DNA of 54,579 nucleotides from a virus (IMGVR_UViG_3300047548_000110:1-54579), one strand, 5' to 3'; positions 1 through 8,220 are shown, counted from the first letter of the stretch. Translations and numbers: made by a program. The notes: generated by a model not told the origin, from the sequence alone.

Positions 1-676
1 TCAGCAGGCCGCCACCGTCCGAGATCCGGTAGCGCAGGCGGCACTTGACCGCATACCGCTCACCGCCCTCCAGCACCGGGATGCCGATGGTGAACTCCTC
101 CGGGACAGTCAGCTTGCCCTTGCCTGCGGTTCCCTTGATCTCTTCCTCGTAGGTCAGTTCGTTCTGGCCATTGGACAGGCGAATTCCGCTGGCGAAGTTG
201 ACCTTTTTCTTGGCCTCCAGCGTCCGGCTGATCTCTAGCATATCGGCTGCGGGCGGGGTAGCGATGTCCGGCAAGTTGTCCTCGATGAACTGGGCGAACT
301 GTTCCTGCGTCATCTTGTTGCCGTTGCTGCGGCTCCACGTTTCCCATTCAGGCGACAGCGGGCAGGCGTACATGGCCTTGTAGTCCTTCCAGCCAGCCTC
401 AGAGCCGTTATCATCAAAGACCGCCACAAACAGCCGCTTAGCAAGGTTGCCGTAGATCCGTGTCGAGTCCGTCTTTTCCTCATTGACGTAGCCAATGAAG
501 CTCTCAGCATCCATGAGCGAAACCATGCCCTTTTTGCGCGGCGGCTCCAGCAGGTACTCACTGAGGTCGATGACCTTGGAATTCTCCGGCACGACGACGA
601 ACTTCGAGCCATCGATCTCCCTGACCTCCGCGAGAATCGCCCCAGCGTCAAGGGCTGCGCTCACATCGCCGCTCAT
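1..676 (-). CDS. DUF2303/YfdQ-like phage protein (3' end runs off the window)
   Basis: ATG at 676 overlaps the stop of the 673..1011 gene (ATGA). Translation MSGDVSAALDAGAILAEVREIDGSKFVVVPENSKVIDLSEYLLEPPRKKGMVSLMDAESFIGYVNEEK... resembles the YfdQ family and follows a YfdP-like gene. Absent from the ORF track. Confidence 0.75.
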   Translation of the reverse strand, partial: MSGDVSAALDAGAILAEVREIDGSKFVVVPENSKVIDLSEYLLEPPRKKGMVSLMDAESFIGYVNEEKTDSTRIYGNLAKRLFVAVFDDNGSEAGWKDYKAMYACPLSPEWETWSRSNGNKMTQEQFAQFIEDNLPDIATPPAADMLEISRTLEAKKKVNFASGIRLSNGQNELTYEEEIKGTAGKGKLTVPEEFTIGIPVLEGGERYAVKCRLRYRISDGGGLL

Positions 677-1011
677 TGGGACACCCGCTTCAGTTCGCCG
701 GTTTCCATGTCAAGGCTACGCAAGCCCTCGATATTCATCTGGCGCGGGTCTTCGCGGGTCAGGTTGCCCTCTGGCGTTGCGAAGAAGATGGACGTACCCT
801 TTTCTTCCTTCGGAGCCTTGACGGTGATGTCGTCGATGATTTCCATCTGACCGCCCTTGCCGGGTTTCAGCTTGAGCTTGAGGATCAGTTCGCCCTGCTT
901 GCCGGTCTCGTCGCATCTGGATACCAGCTTGTTCAGTTCGTCCGTCAGGTCATCGGCCAGAGTGCCGAATCGCAGCGCGTTGATTGTGTCTGTAAATGGT
1001 CGTGCAGCCAT
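673..1011 (-). CDS. YfdP-like phage protein
   Basis: 112 aa with TGKxGELILKLKLKP and SIFFATPEGNLTREDPRQ motifs, typical of the gene upstream of DUF2303. Confidence 0.65.
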   Translation of the reverse strand: MAARPFTDTINALRFGTLADDLTDELNKLVSRCDETGKQGELILKLKLKPGKGGQMEIIDDITVKAPKEEKGTSIFFATPEGNLTREDPRQMNIEGLRSLDMETGELKRVSQ

Positions 1012-1013
1012 GA

Positions 1014-1193
1014 TTACCCCTTTGGTTTTGGTTGGTTTGCTTTCACATACGTCCCGTTCGCGCTGGAATTCCAGAACATCTTGGGGCGCAACTCAGCCTT
1101 CGTGAGAAGGTTATTCATTTTGCGGCGCAGCTTGTAGGCAGCGAACGGCTCGCCTTCCATGCGGGCAGCTTGGCGGGAATTGTCATTGCTCAT
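1014..1193 (-). CDS. hypothetical protein (59 aa)
   Basis: ATG at 1193 overlaps the upstream stop; MSNDNSRQAARMEGEPFAAYKLRRK... Confidence 0.55.
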   Translation of the reverse strand: MSNDNSRQAARMEGEPFAAYKLRRKMNNLLTKAELRPKMFWNSSANGTYVKANQPKPKG

Positions 1194-1435
1194 CAACGTC
1201 CCCAAGTGATTGCCTTGACCGCCCACATCTGGGCTGTCTGAGCTTCGGTGATGGCGATGCTTGCCATGCGCTGAACCTCGGCATCCTGCGAATGGAGCCG
1301 CAGGTAATTCATGCGGTCGATCACATCTGCAAATTCCTTCTTGCACTTATGAACCTCGTGGCTCTGTCCCGGATTGAAATTCAACCCGACAGCTTTCTCG
1401 CCATAGGAAAGCTCGCGTTGTGGGGCTTCTGACAT
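1193..1435 (-). CDS. Acb2/Tad1-like helical hairpin protein (possible anti-defence signal sponge)
   Basis: 80 aa, GEKAVGLNFNP...RMASIAITEAQTAQMWAVKAITW; AGGAGG RBS upstream. Confidence 0.55.
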   Translation of the reverse strand: MSEAPQRELSYGEKAVGLNFNPGQSHEVHKCKKEFADVIDRMNYLRLHSQDAEVQRMASIAITEAQTAQMWAVKAITWGR

Positions 1436-1444
1436 ATTCCCTCC

Positions 1445-1690
1445 TTAATGTGGAATGATGATTTGTTGATCAGGAACCGCGATGGTGGGTTCCTCCTGCT
1501 TTACCGATCGACGTTTTTCGACGACCGCCCTCATGCCAGCAACCATCCTGACAATCTTTTCATACTTTTCTTCAGCCGGGTATCCGGCCTCCTCAAGCCC
1601 AAGGATGAATTTTTCTATATGGCCCAATACGAGATCGCACCCACTGTTAAAGATGTCCACCTCATTCATCTCAACCACTTTTTCTTCCAT
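1445..1690 (-). CDS. hypothetical protein
   Basis: 81 aa ORF with GAGG RBS, co-directional in the operon. Confidence 0.6.
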   Translation of the reverse strand: MEEKVVEMNEVDIFNSGCDLVLGHIEKFILGLEEAGYPAEEKYEKIVRMVAGMRAVVEKRRSVKQEEPTIAVPDQQIIIPH

Positions 1691-1699
1691 GATTCCCTC

Positions 1700-1852
1700 T
1701 CAAAATGGAGCTTCTTCAAAATTACTCAGATCAATCTTTGGCTTACGCTTTCTTGGGATAACCACCGTGATGTATTGGTATTGATCAGATGGTTTATTGA
1801 AGACCCATCTGATCACTTTCCCGTCATCATCAATGATGCCGTACTTGACCAT
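1700..1852 (-). CDS. hypothetical protein (50 aa)
   Basis: Read by hand: MVKYGIIDDDGKVIRWVFNKPSDQYQYITVVIPRKRKPKIDLSNFEEAPF; its ATG overlaps the upstream stop. Confidence 0.55.
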   Translation of the reverse strand: MVKYGIIDDDGKVIRWVFNKPSDQYQYITVVIPRKRKPKIDLSNFEEAPF

Positions 1853-2169
1853 CAGTCAGCGCGAGACGCAGACACCGCATCGATGCCATGCTTACGCAGC
1901 ACCTGAGTAAACGCATATGCGCCAGCTTCAAGCACATCCATAGACTGTGTCATGCAGTCAGTAGGCCGCCAGATATACCAGCCCTTGTGCCAGTGCTTGC
2001 TTCCGATGCCTTGCTTCTTGAGCCAGTTCACAAACTTGCTGCGGCCATTTGGTAACTCGACCCATGCGAAGCCACAGTACATCGGCTCGCCGTACTGGGC
2101 TATGTAATCCTTCTCTGCCTTGATGCCTGCTGCTTTTGCTTTGTCGTAGATTGCTTGAAAGTTTTCCAT
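1852..2169 (-). CDS. conserved phage hypothetical protein
   Basis: 105 aa, CGFAWV...TQSMDVLEAGAYAF...SRAD; GGAG RBS. Confidence 0.65.
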   Translation of the reverse strand: MENFQAIYDKAKAAGIKAEKDYIAQYGEPMYCGFAWVELPNGRSKFVNWLKKQGIGSKHWHKGWYIWRPTDCMTQSMDVLEAGAYAFTQVLRKHGIDAVSASRAD

Positions 2170-2183
2170 GATTCGCTCCCTGA

Positions 2184-2471
2184 TTAACGTGAGGTGACTT
2201 TGACGGAGAACACTGCTGCGGTCTTGGTGTACTTTGCGAGTACGTCAGCGCCGAACTTAAAGTCAGCCGACAGCTTCTTCCAATCAACAGTGCTGCGGTT
2301 TGATTCGATCACGACAGCCTTGAACAGATCTCCCTCGAAAGCATTGACACCGCCGGGAGCAGTGGCCACATCCTTTAGGTCATTCTTGATGGCCTCAGCC
2401 TGCTTTTCCAGATCGGCAATCTGTGCCAGCAGTGCGCCGAGGGTGTCGATGTTGTTCAGGTCGTTTTTCAT
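2184..2471 (-). CDS. hypothetical phage protein (N-terminal coiled coil)
   Basis: 95 aa, AAGGAG RBS, first gene behind the promoter at ~2520-2547. Confidence 0.7.
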   Translation of the reverse strand: MKNDLNNIDTLGALLAQIADLEKQAEAIKNDLKDVATAPGGVNAFEGDLFKAVVIESNRSTVDWKKLSADFKFGADVLAKYTKTAAVFSVKVTSR

Positions 2472-2517
2472 GGTGTCGCTCCTTATTCGCTGTCCGGTCT
2501 CAAGTGACCGTAGGCGT

Positions 2518-2547
2518 AATGTAACTTGAGCTTAAACTACCTGTCAA
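2518..2547 (-). promoter_or_regulatory. sigma70-like promoter with overlapping 17-bp operator
   Basis: TTGACA (2547-2542), 18-nt spacer, TACATT (2523-2518); TGTAA-CTTGAGC-TTAAA at 2520-2536. Confidence 0.6.
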
Positions 2548-2566
2548 CAACTTTTTACAAAATAAT

Positions 2567-2860
2567 TTAAAAAGGCACAGTATCTTTCTCTAATGGCATC
2601 CCATCGTCCAGCAGGCGCTGGATCGTTATATTTAAGGCATCTAGCTCGTCCATCTTGCGGATAGCCCATGCCCGCTTGTTCCCATGCCAGCCCATCATGC
2701 TACCCTGATGGCAGTCATAGCAGAGCGCCACAGTGGTGTACTGCTGGCCTTGGTTGATGTGGTGGGCAGAACTAGGGGGCGGGGCGTTGCAGACGCTACA
2801 GGGTAGGCTCTTGACCCGCGCCAAATGCTTCCTCTCTGCTGCATTTAATTTGTTGTTCAT
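2567..2860 (-). CDS. Ref/DUF968-like Zn-binding HNH-type nuclease
   Basis: RKHLARVKSLPCSVC...AHHI...VALCYDCHQG. Confidence 0.65.
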   Translation of the reverse strand: MNNKLNAAERKHLARVKSLPCSVCNAPPPSSAHHINQGQQYTTVALCYDCHQGSMMGWHGNKRAWAIRKMDELDALNITIQRLLDDGMPLEKDTVPF

Positions 2861-3068
2861 CTGTCAGCGCCAATCTATAAAAAGCGGTTCCGAAGGTCAC
2901 AGCGTCAGCCACAATCACCTCATAGTCCGTCAACCATTGCTCCTCAACCTCGCCGTGGCAAAACACCCTAAACAGCATCCCGAACCGCTCAAAGCTGTCA
3001 TGGGCCTCCACTTTATCCACGGGCTTGGAGCAGATAGCGCACATAGGCCACCCCTCAATCTTGGTCAT
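2796..3068 (-). CDS. hypothetical protein with CxxC
   Basis: 90 aa, PMCAICSKPV...VFCHG; start overlaps the upstream stop. Confidence 0.55.
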   Translation of the reverse strand: MTKIEGWPMCAICSKPVDKVEAHDSFERFGMLFRVFCHGEVEEQWLTDYEVIVADAVTFGTAFYRLALTDEQQIKCSREEAFGAGQEPTL

Positions 3069-3430
3069 AGCGTCAGCTTCCCTTCCACTCGCTTCGATGC
3101 CTCTTGAGTCCTGTAGACCTCTACGCGAGCCTGCGCCGCAATCAGATCCCAGCGGTACTTCTCCTCGATCTCTACAGCCACACGCAGACCTTCGAGCAAC
3201 GCAATGTATTCAGGGTCGCTGTAGGCTTCCCGCTCCTGAGCATTGACTGCGGTCTCCAGCGACCGCTTCATGATGATCGCCTTAAGGGACTTGCGGAACT
3301 CTTCGGCATAGATACGGTTCGCCTTGGCCTGCGCGAACTTTTTGCCGTTTCTGATGATGTAGTCAATTGCCCGGTTTGGGTCAATCTCTCTTGTCTTTGG
3401 GTCAACGCCATCGAAATCTTCGTCACTCAT
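3065..3430 (-). CDS. conserved helical phage protein
   Basis: 121 aa, EEFRKSLKA...AQEREAYSDPEY...EEKYRW. Confidence 0.65.
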   Translation of the reverse strand: MSDEDFDGVDPKTREIDPNRAIDYIIRNGKKFAQAKANRIYAEEFRKSLKAIIMKRSLETAVNAQEREAYSDPEYIALLEGLRVAVEIEEKYRWDLIAAQARVEVYRTQEASKRVEGKLTL

Positions 3431-3433
3431 GGC

Positions 3434-3541
3434 TCACCCCAACAAACGCCAGAAGCTGAAAGCCACGCCCAATACGGCGAACAGGCAGATCATCACGACC
3501 AACGCTATCAATACCGAAACCATCACCTCAAACTCGTCCAT
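3434..3541 (-). CDS. small membrane protein (35 aa)
   Basis: MDEFEVMVSVLIALVVMICLFAVLGVAFSFWRLLG; AAGGAG RBS; one TM segment. Confidence 0.5.
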   Translation of the reverse strand: MDEFEVMVSVLIALVVMICLFAVLGVAFSFWRLLG

Positions 3542-3692
3542 TTTGCTTTCTCCTTGTTAAGCATTGCTCGCACACCCAACGCTGTCTCAGACCATTTGCA
3601 AACTTTACTTGCTCACCGCCCGCTACTGGCTTCCTCTGTTGGCAGTTCGTACACCACTTCGGGACTGCTGACCCTTGGTTCTTTTGCGACAC
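3528..3692 (-). CDS. small zinc-ribbon protein (54 aa)
   Basis: GTG start; ...KWCTNCQQRKPVAGGEQVKFANGLRQRWVCEQCLTRRK, two CxxC pairs; below the ORF track cutoff. Confidence 0.5.
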   Translation of the reverse strand: MSQKNQGSAVPKWCTNCQQRKPVAGGEQVKFANGLRQRWVCEQCLTRRKQNGRV

Positions 3693-3804
3693 GATTGATC
3701 ACCTTTTTTATCTGCGACTTGTCTAGCTTATACGCCTTGGCTAGATCTCCGATTGAACGGCCCCGTTGCCATGCAGAATAAATTGCGATGTCTTGCTCTT
3801 TCAT
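3613..3804 (-). CDS. small HTH-like protein
   Basis: GRSIGDLAKAYKLDKSQIKKVI; coupled to the rusA stop. Confidence 0.5.
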   Translation of the reverse strand: MKEQDIAIYSAWQRGRSIGDLAKAYKLDKSQIKKVINRVAKEPRVSSPEVVYELPTEEASSGR

Positions 3805-4148
3805 ATCCTCTCCACGTTGACCAACAACTTACCGCCCTTCTCTTTTGCCCAATAAATCCTGAGATCCTGTATCTGCGAATCATCGAGGAAAACGCCTGCA
3901 TGAGCCAAGCCATCAAGGCTTGCTTTGCAAAGATTGTCTAGGTCGCGCCTTCTGTTGTCTGGTCTGAACGCCTCGATTACTACAGAAACGCCACCACCAA
4001 TTTGTTTGTTTGCCCTTTGAAGCATTACAGCATCCTGCACAGCCTTCCTGTAATCCCTGCCAGCCTTGCTGATGATCATCCTGTTCTGGAACATACGCCA
4101 GTAGGCGTTCACGCTTGGCGGGAACGGTAGCTCAATGATCAGAGCCAT
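3801..4148 (-). CDS. rusA: Holliday junction resolvase RusA
   Basis: LPFPPSVNAYWR, RRRDLDNLCKASLDGL, DDSQI motifs. Confidence 0.9.
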   Translation of the reverse strand: MALIIELPFPPSVNAYWRMFQNRMIISKAGRDYRKAVQDAVMLQRANKQIGGGVSVVIEAFRPDNRRRDLDNLCKASLDGLAHAGVFLDDSQIQDLRIYWAKEKGGKLLVNVERI

Positions 4149-4387
4149 TCGCCATTCTCCCCACGGTTGCCCAACTTCCACTGGGCGCGAACATCGCGTT
4201 CAAGTATCGATTTCGGATGGCGCTCATTCCAGCCGGGAACCCATTTGCCATTCTCGCCAATCCACCCTTTGAGGAACCGATGAGCAAGGTCGCGGTCAGT
4301 AACGCGCCACCGAATAACTTGCCGGACAAGGCAACGATGCCGTAATTCATCATCGCCCTGCCCTTCATTAGAAATCTCCTGTTGCAT
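4139..4387 (-). CDS. hypothetical phage protein
   Basis: 82 aa, ELRHRCLVRQVIRWR...QWKLGNRGENGEW, between helicase and rusA. Confidence 0.6.
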   Translation of the reverse strand: MQQEISNEGQGDDELRHRCLVRQVIRWRVTDRDLAHRFLKGWIGENGKWVPGWNERHPKSILERDVRAQWKLGNRGENGEWL

Positions 4388-5318
4388 CGAAGTCCATCGG
4401 CATTGATCCGATCTTGTCTAAAAATTGCTGGCTGTCTGCGTGATACCAGAACGAGTACCACTCTTCAGCATCACCATTGCGCTGTTTCTCACATAGAAGC
4501 ATAGCGTCAGGCAAAGACATATCGATCTCTTTGTTTTGCTGTATTGCGTGTTCTTTTGCTTTGTTGCGCCATAAGATCAGCACATTGTCTACTTGGTCAG
4601 TGATAGAAGACGAGCCACGGAGGTCAAACTTCGATGGGCGAGCTTCATCACTTTGTAGTTTACGAATATGATGAACGAGATGAATGTGAACATCATGATC
4701 ACGGGCAATAGCAGTAAGTTCATCGATGAACGCTTTTTGACCATTGTAGTCATCCTCTCCTGAGACACACTTCATCAAGCTGTCGATAAAGATATGGTTC
4801 ATATTCATCTCCACGGCAGCGTAACGGCAGACAGCAGCCATCTGTTTGGCGTTTACCGTACCCTGCTGATCATAGAACCAAAGTTTATCTCCAGCAAATA
4901 TTTTGAAACGGCCATAAGCATCGCGCTTCTGGGCCTCTGGCGAAACTCGGTAATTCTCAGAATCCAGCGACTTGCCAGCGAACTGGCGCAGCATCCGTTT
5001 GATGGATATTTTGGGCTTCATCTCGAAGCTGGCGATCAGAACCCGCTGATCACGCTTGACCAGACCCAAAGCCACTTGGCCGGTCATCAGGGACTTGCCG
5101 CCGCCGTTCGCTCCGGCCCAGACCGTAACCTCACCCGGGCGGAATGCAAACGTGCTCTGCGTCTCCAGCCACGGCATCGGGACACTGCGGTCTACAGGAG
5201 GATTGATCAACTCCTCTTCCAACTCAGCCACCCACAATCCGGCTGGCTTGATCTTCTGCTTGTGATCGGTTTCCTCCATGTACTGCGAGAAATCGATGTT
5301 TTCGTCATTCAGGAACAT
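4368..5318 (-). CDS. SF4 (DnaB/T7 gp4-like) replicative helicase
   Basis: Walker A GANGGGKS, ASFEM, Walker B IFIDSL, HLVHH, DLRGSSSITDQVDN, KQRNG. Confidence 0.85.
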   Translation of the reverse strand: MFLNDENIDFSQYMEETDHKQKIKPAGLWVAELEEELINPPVDRSVPMPWLETQSTFAFRPGEVTVWAGANGGGKSLMTGQVALGLVKRDQRVLIASFEMKPKISIKRMLRQFAGKSLDSENYRVSPEAQKRDAYGRFKIFAGDKLWFYDQQGTVNAKQMAAVCRYAAVEMNMNHIFIDSLMKCVSGEDDYNGQKAFIDELTAIARDHDVHIHLVHHIRKLQSDEARPSKFDLRGSSSITDQVDNVLILWRNKAKEHAIQQNKEIDMSLPDAMLLCEKQRNGDAEEWYSFWYHADSQQFLDKIGSMPMDFDATGDF

Positions 5319-5655
5319 ATCCGTCCCACTCCCCAGATTCGCTGTCGATTATCAGACCACCGCATACGGTGATCACCCGTTTTGCCTTCGCTTCCACTAG
5401 CGCCTTGTGCAGCCGCTTTGCCTTCGCATACTCTTTCATGCCTGAAACATGAGCCACCAGACCGATCGCAAATCGGAGATCCAGAAGCTCAGGAACCTCG
5501 GTCGGTAGGATCTCGACTTCAGGATACCGATCGTGACCTGCATACCGATTCCAGCTTGCCCAACCACGGCTGGGATCATGCGCGTGGCATATCCAGACCC
5601 CGGCAGGCTTGAACCCCTGCTTACGCAAGGCGATCAGTGCATCATGGCCCTTCAT
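5305..5655 (-). CDS. hypothetical protein between initiator and helicase
   Basis: 116 aa, overlapping both neighbours. Confidence 0.6.
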   Translation of the reverse strand: MKGHDALIALRKQGFKPAGVWICHAHDPSRGWASWNRYAGHDRYPEVEILPTEVPELLDLRFAIGLVAHVSGMKEYAKAKRLHKALVEAKAKRVITVCGGLIIDSESGEWDGYVPE

Positions 5656-6299
5656 TGGCCGCCCTTTGAGGCTGCGTGGTTTGTCAGCCAGTCAGGAGAG
5701 GCCGATGCCACCGGACGCGTTGGGATGCCCTTCGGTGCGGACTCCTTCCGAACCCAAGTCTGCCAAGTGAGATTCCAATCCAGCTTCGTCGCGTCCTTGG
5801 GTTTTGAGACCCAGTAGCTCCGGAAGTTGTCGGCAACCCACATGGGATTTAGGTCTGGCCGGTTCTCCCGGCAAAACTTGATTTGGTCTTCGGACGGAGT
5901 CCAGTCAGCGGGGAGGCGCGTAGCGCGAGGCTTTTTCTGCCTCTCCTCTTTCTCTCCCTCTCTCTCTGTCTCTCTCTCTGGGATAGCATCCTGCAAGCTA
6001 TCTGCTAGCACTCCGCTAGCAACAACAAAGAAACCTTTATCAATCAAAGGCTTGAGACCAGCCTCAATATCTTTGCTAGCAATCCGCAAGCGGAACTCTA
6101 GCTCGTCGCTATCAGCCTGAAAGCACCCATCTTTTGACTCAGATGCTAGCAACCAAAGCAGCGGAGCAAGCGCCTTGCTAGCAAGCGGCAAGCGCATGAA
6201 TTCCTTGTCGTTCAAAAGGTCTCTATGCAGCTTGATCCAAGGAGGGCAGCGATCCTTGTAGTGCTGGAATTTTTCCCAGTTCTTAGGCTTGAGGTTCAT
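5652..6299 (-). CDS. phage replication initiator (lambda O-like position)
   Basis: KNWEKFQHYKDRCPPWIKLH N-terminus, RATRLPADW and KLDWxxTWxxWVR C-terminal motifs; upstream of the helicase. Confidence 0.75.
   Translation of the reverse strand: MNLKPKNWEKFQHYKDRCPPWIKLHRDLLNDKEFMRLPLASKALAPLLWLLASESKDGCFQADSDELEFRLRIASKDIEAGLKPLIDKGFFVVASGVLADSLQDAIPERETEREGEKEERQKKPRATRLPADWTPSEDQIKFCRENRPDLNPMWVADNFRSYWVSKPKDATKLDWNLTWQTWVRKESAPKGIPTRPVASASPDWLTNHAASKGGQ
5941..6183. repeat. candidate replication origin iterons (5 x GCTAGCA) plus CT-repeat tract
   Basis: GCTAGCA at 6004, 6015, 6075, 6145 and 6177; (CT)n-rich run at 5941-5978, inside the initiator gene. Confidence 0.45.
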
Positions 6300-6492
6300 T
6301 TTCAACCCCGTTATTCCATTGAGCTTGAATCTCATCCCTCGCCTTGAAAACCCAGCTTTCAATTGCTGAAAACTGGTCGTAGCTTAAGTAAATGGTCACT
6401 GGCTGATTAAAATCATCCGACCATTGTTCGATGATAATTTTCCCCTCGCTGGTGAAGTCAACGTGGGCAGATTTTGTACCCTTAACATTCAT
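6283..6492 (-). CDS. hypothetical protein (69 aa)
   Basis: MNVKGTKSAHVDF..., GGAG RBS immediately after the c4-like RNA. Confidence 0.6.
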   Translation of the reverse strand: MNVKGTKSAHVDFTSEGKIIIEQWSDDFNQPVTIYLSYDQFSAIESWVFKARDEIQAQWNNGVENEPQA

Positions 6493-6502
6493 GGCTTTCT
6501 CC

Positions 6503-6605
6503 AAAAAAAAAGCCTTAGGCGAGGCTCTCATCCGTGAGGATGTTGGCGGACTAGTGGACACTAGCAGAACCCCGTCTAAGGCTTGTCCAAGTTTCGCGCC
6601 GCCAA
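6503..6605 (-). ncRNA. c4-like antisense RNA with upstream complementary target boxes
   Basis: Three-way junction: outer stem AGCCTTAG...CTAAGGCT plus U-run, hairpins CTAGTGTCCACTAG and ATCCTCACGGAT, linker CCGCCAA; upstream TTGGCGG and TGGACA are complementary to the linker and loop. Confidence 0.65.
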
Positions 6606-6620
6606 GCGCAATGGATCTAA

Positions 6621-6824
6621 TCATACCGCAAAAATATCCGGGCGCAATACCTTCCGTTTAACTTTACCCTTGGTGTACTTTTCAATCGCTATGGCAAGCT
6701 CTACGGATGGCTGCTTGCGGTCAGAGACAATCAAGGACATCCAAGTCCGTGATATACCCAGCGCAGCGGCCATGTCAGCTTTTGCTCCGTGTGGCTTATT
6801 TGCAAAAAATTCAGGCAACGTCAT
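6621..6824 (-). CDS. Cro-like HTH regulator
   Basis: 67 aa, KADMAAALGISRTWMSLIV...PS..LAIAIE..T.GKV....LRPD; divergent promoter upstream. Confidence 0.8.
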   Translation of the reverse strand: MTLPEFFANKPHGAKADMAAALGISRTWMSLIVSDRKQPSVELAIAIEKYTKGKVKRKVLRPDIFAV

Positions 6825-6836
6825 ACTTACTCCTTT

Positions 6837-6917
6837 TGTAAGCCCGAATTACATCACAAAAAAAGATTGTTGACAAGCGTTGTAATCTGAGATTAGATGT
6901 TGTATAGTCGTAATACT
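6837..6917. promoter_or_regulatory. divergent sigma70 promoters with 17-bp operators
   Basis: Leftward TTGTCA-17-TGTAAT (6876..6848); rightward TTGTAA-17-TATAGT (6880..6908); palindrome TGTAA-N7-TTACA at 6837-6853 and TGTAA-N7-TTAGA at 6881-6897. Confidence 0.7.
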
Positions 6918-6934
6918 TAAGGAGGAGTTAAATC

Positions 6935-7174
6935 ATGAACGACCAAAACACAGTCCCGTATAGAACACCGACAGGGCTTGAGATTGGCAAATACTACCAG
7001 CCACCCAAGCCTCGCAACGTCGGGTCAGACCTGATAGACATTTATGATCAGGATCGAATCCAAATGGCTTACATAACAGATGGCAACGAATGGCGGATAG
7101 AGAAGATCACGTTAATCGTGTCTATCTTGGCAGTTCTGTTTCTGTCTGTGCTATTGATCGCGCTGGGGAACTAA
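6935..7174 (+). CDS. hypothetical protein with C-terminal TM helix
   Basis: AAGGAGG RBS; PYRTPTGLEIG; hydrophobic C-terminus. Confidence 0.7.
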   Translation: MNDQNTVPYRTPTGLEIGKYYQPPKPRNVGSDLIDIYDQDRIQMAYITDGNEWRIEKITLIVSILAVLFLSVLLIALGN

Positions 7175-7347
7175 TGACCCGGGCCGAATACAACCAAATG
7201 CAGCTTGAGCGTCAGGAGATGCTTGAGCAGGCTCTACGCAGAGCCATAAACCATTCCGCGACGGAGGATGACTGGGCAATCATCCGTTATGAATGCGGTC
7301 TTCCAGCCCAAAACAATAAGGTGAATCAACATGAGTCTCATAGCTAA
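7174..7347 (+). CDS. hypothetical protein (57 aa)
   Basis: TAATG overlap; MTRAEYNQMQLERQEMLEQALRRA...DDWAIIRYECGL. Confidence 0.6.
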   Translation: MTRAEYNQMQLERQEMLEQALRRAINHSATEDDWAIIRYECGLPAQNNKVNQHESHS

Positions 7348-7996
7348 ATCAGCATCTTCAGGCGGCGATAGCGAATTTGTACCAGTCCCGGTAGGGATGC
7401 ATCTGGCTCGGTGCTACCGCATCGTAGACCTCGGCACTCAACCCAAGCAGACAGAGTTCGGCGTAAAGCATCAGCGCACGATCATGGTCAGCTTTGAAGT
7501 CCACGGCGATGGCGCAGACGGTAAACCACTGGTCACAAGCCGTGGTGAGCCGATGAGCATCTCTCAGGACTACAACCTGACCTTGAATGAGAAGTCCACC
7601 CTCAGCAAGCACCTTGAAGGCTGGCGCGGGGCTACTTTCAGCGATGCGGAGCGCAATGGCGGCTTCGACATCAAGAAGATCCTCGGGGTCTGGTCGATGA
7701 TCAACGTGACAGCATCTGTCAGCAAGAAGAACAGCAAGACCTATCACAACATCAGCGGGCTGCTCCCTGTGCCACGCATGATCAAGGATGCCGGTCTGCC
7801 GGAGGGCTTCAACCCGCTGGGCTTCTTCTCGATGGAGGATGAGAACCCGGACATGGAGACCTTCAATACGGTCAGCCAATATCACCAGAACAAGATCAAG
7901 CAAAGCCCGGAATGGCAGCGCCTGAGCGGTGAAGCCCCACAAGCGCAGCCCGCTGGTGGCCACGATAATGACTTTGATGACCCGATCCCCTTCTGA
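7331..7996 (+). CDS. putative ssDNA-binding/replication protein with SSB-like acidic tail
   Basis: GMHLARCYRIVDLGTQ, LxEKSTLxKHLEGWRG; ends DFDDPIPF. Confidence 0.7.
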   Translation: MSLIAKSASSGGDSEFVPVPVGMHLARCYRIVDLGTQPKQTEFGVKHQRTIMVSFEVHGDGADGKPLVTSRGEPMSISQDYNLTLNEKSTLSKHLEGWRGATFSDAERNGGFDIKKILGVWSMINVTASVSKKNSKTYHNISGLLPVPRMIKDAGLPEGFNPLGFFSMEDENPDMETFNTVSQYHQNKIKQSPEWQRLSGEAPQAQPAGGHDNDFDDPIPF

Positions 7997-7998
7997 TC

Positions 7999-8220
7999 AT
8001 GAGCAAAAGAACTCATCCACATACGCTCTTTGATTTTCTGATGAAAGAGTGCGGACTGAGGACTGATGCATCTCTAGCCAAGGCGCTTGAGGTTACCGCT
8101 CCGACCGTAAGTAGGATACGGAGCGGTAAAACAAGAGTCACGGCAGACATCATTCTTCGGATACATAAAACAACTGGCCTGAGCGTCGAGTCAATCGAAG
8201 CCATGATCGAGGAGAAATAA
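7999..8220 (+). CDS. XRE-type HTH protein
   Basis: DASLAKALEVTAPTVSRIRSGK. Confidence 0.75.
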   Translation: MSKRTHPHTLFDFLMKECGLRTDASLAKALEVTAPTVSRIRSGKTRVTADIILRIHKTTGLSVESIEAMIEEK

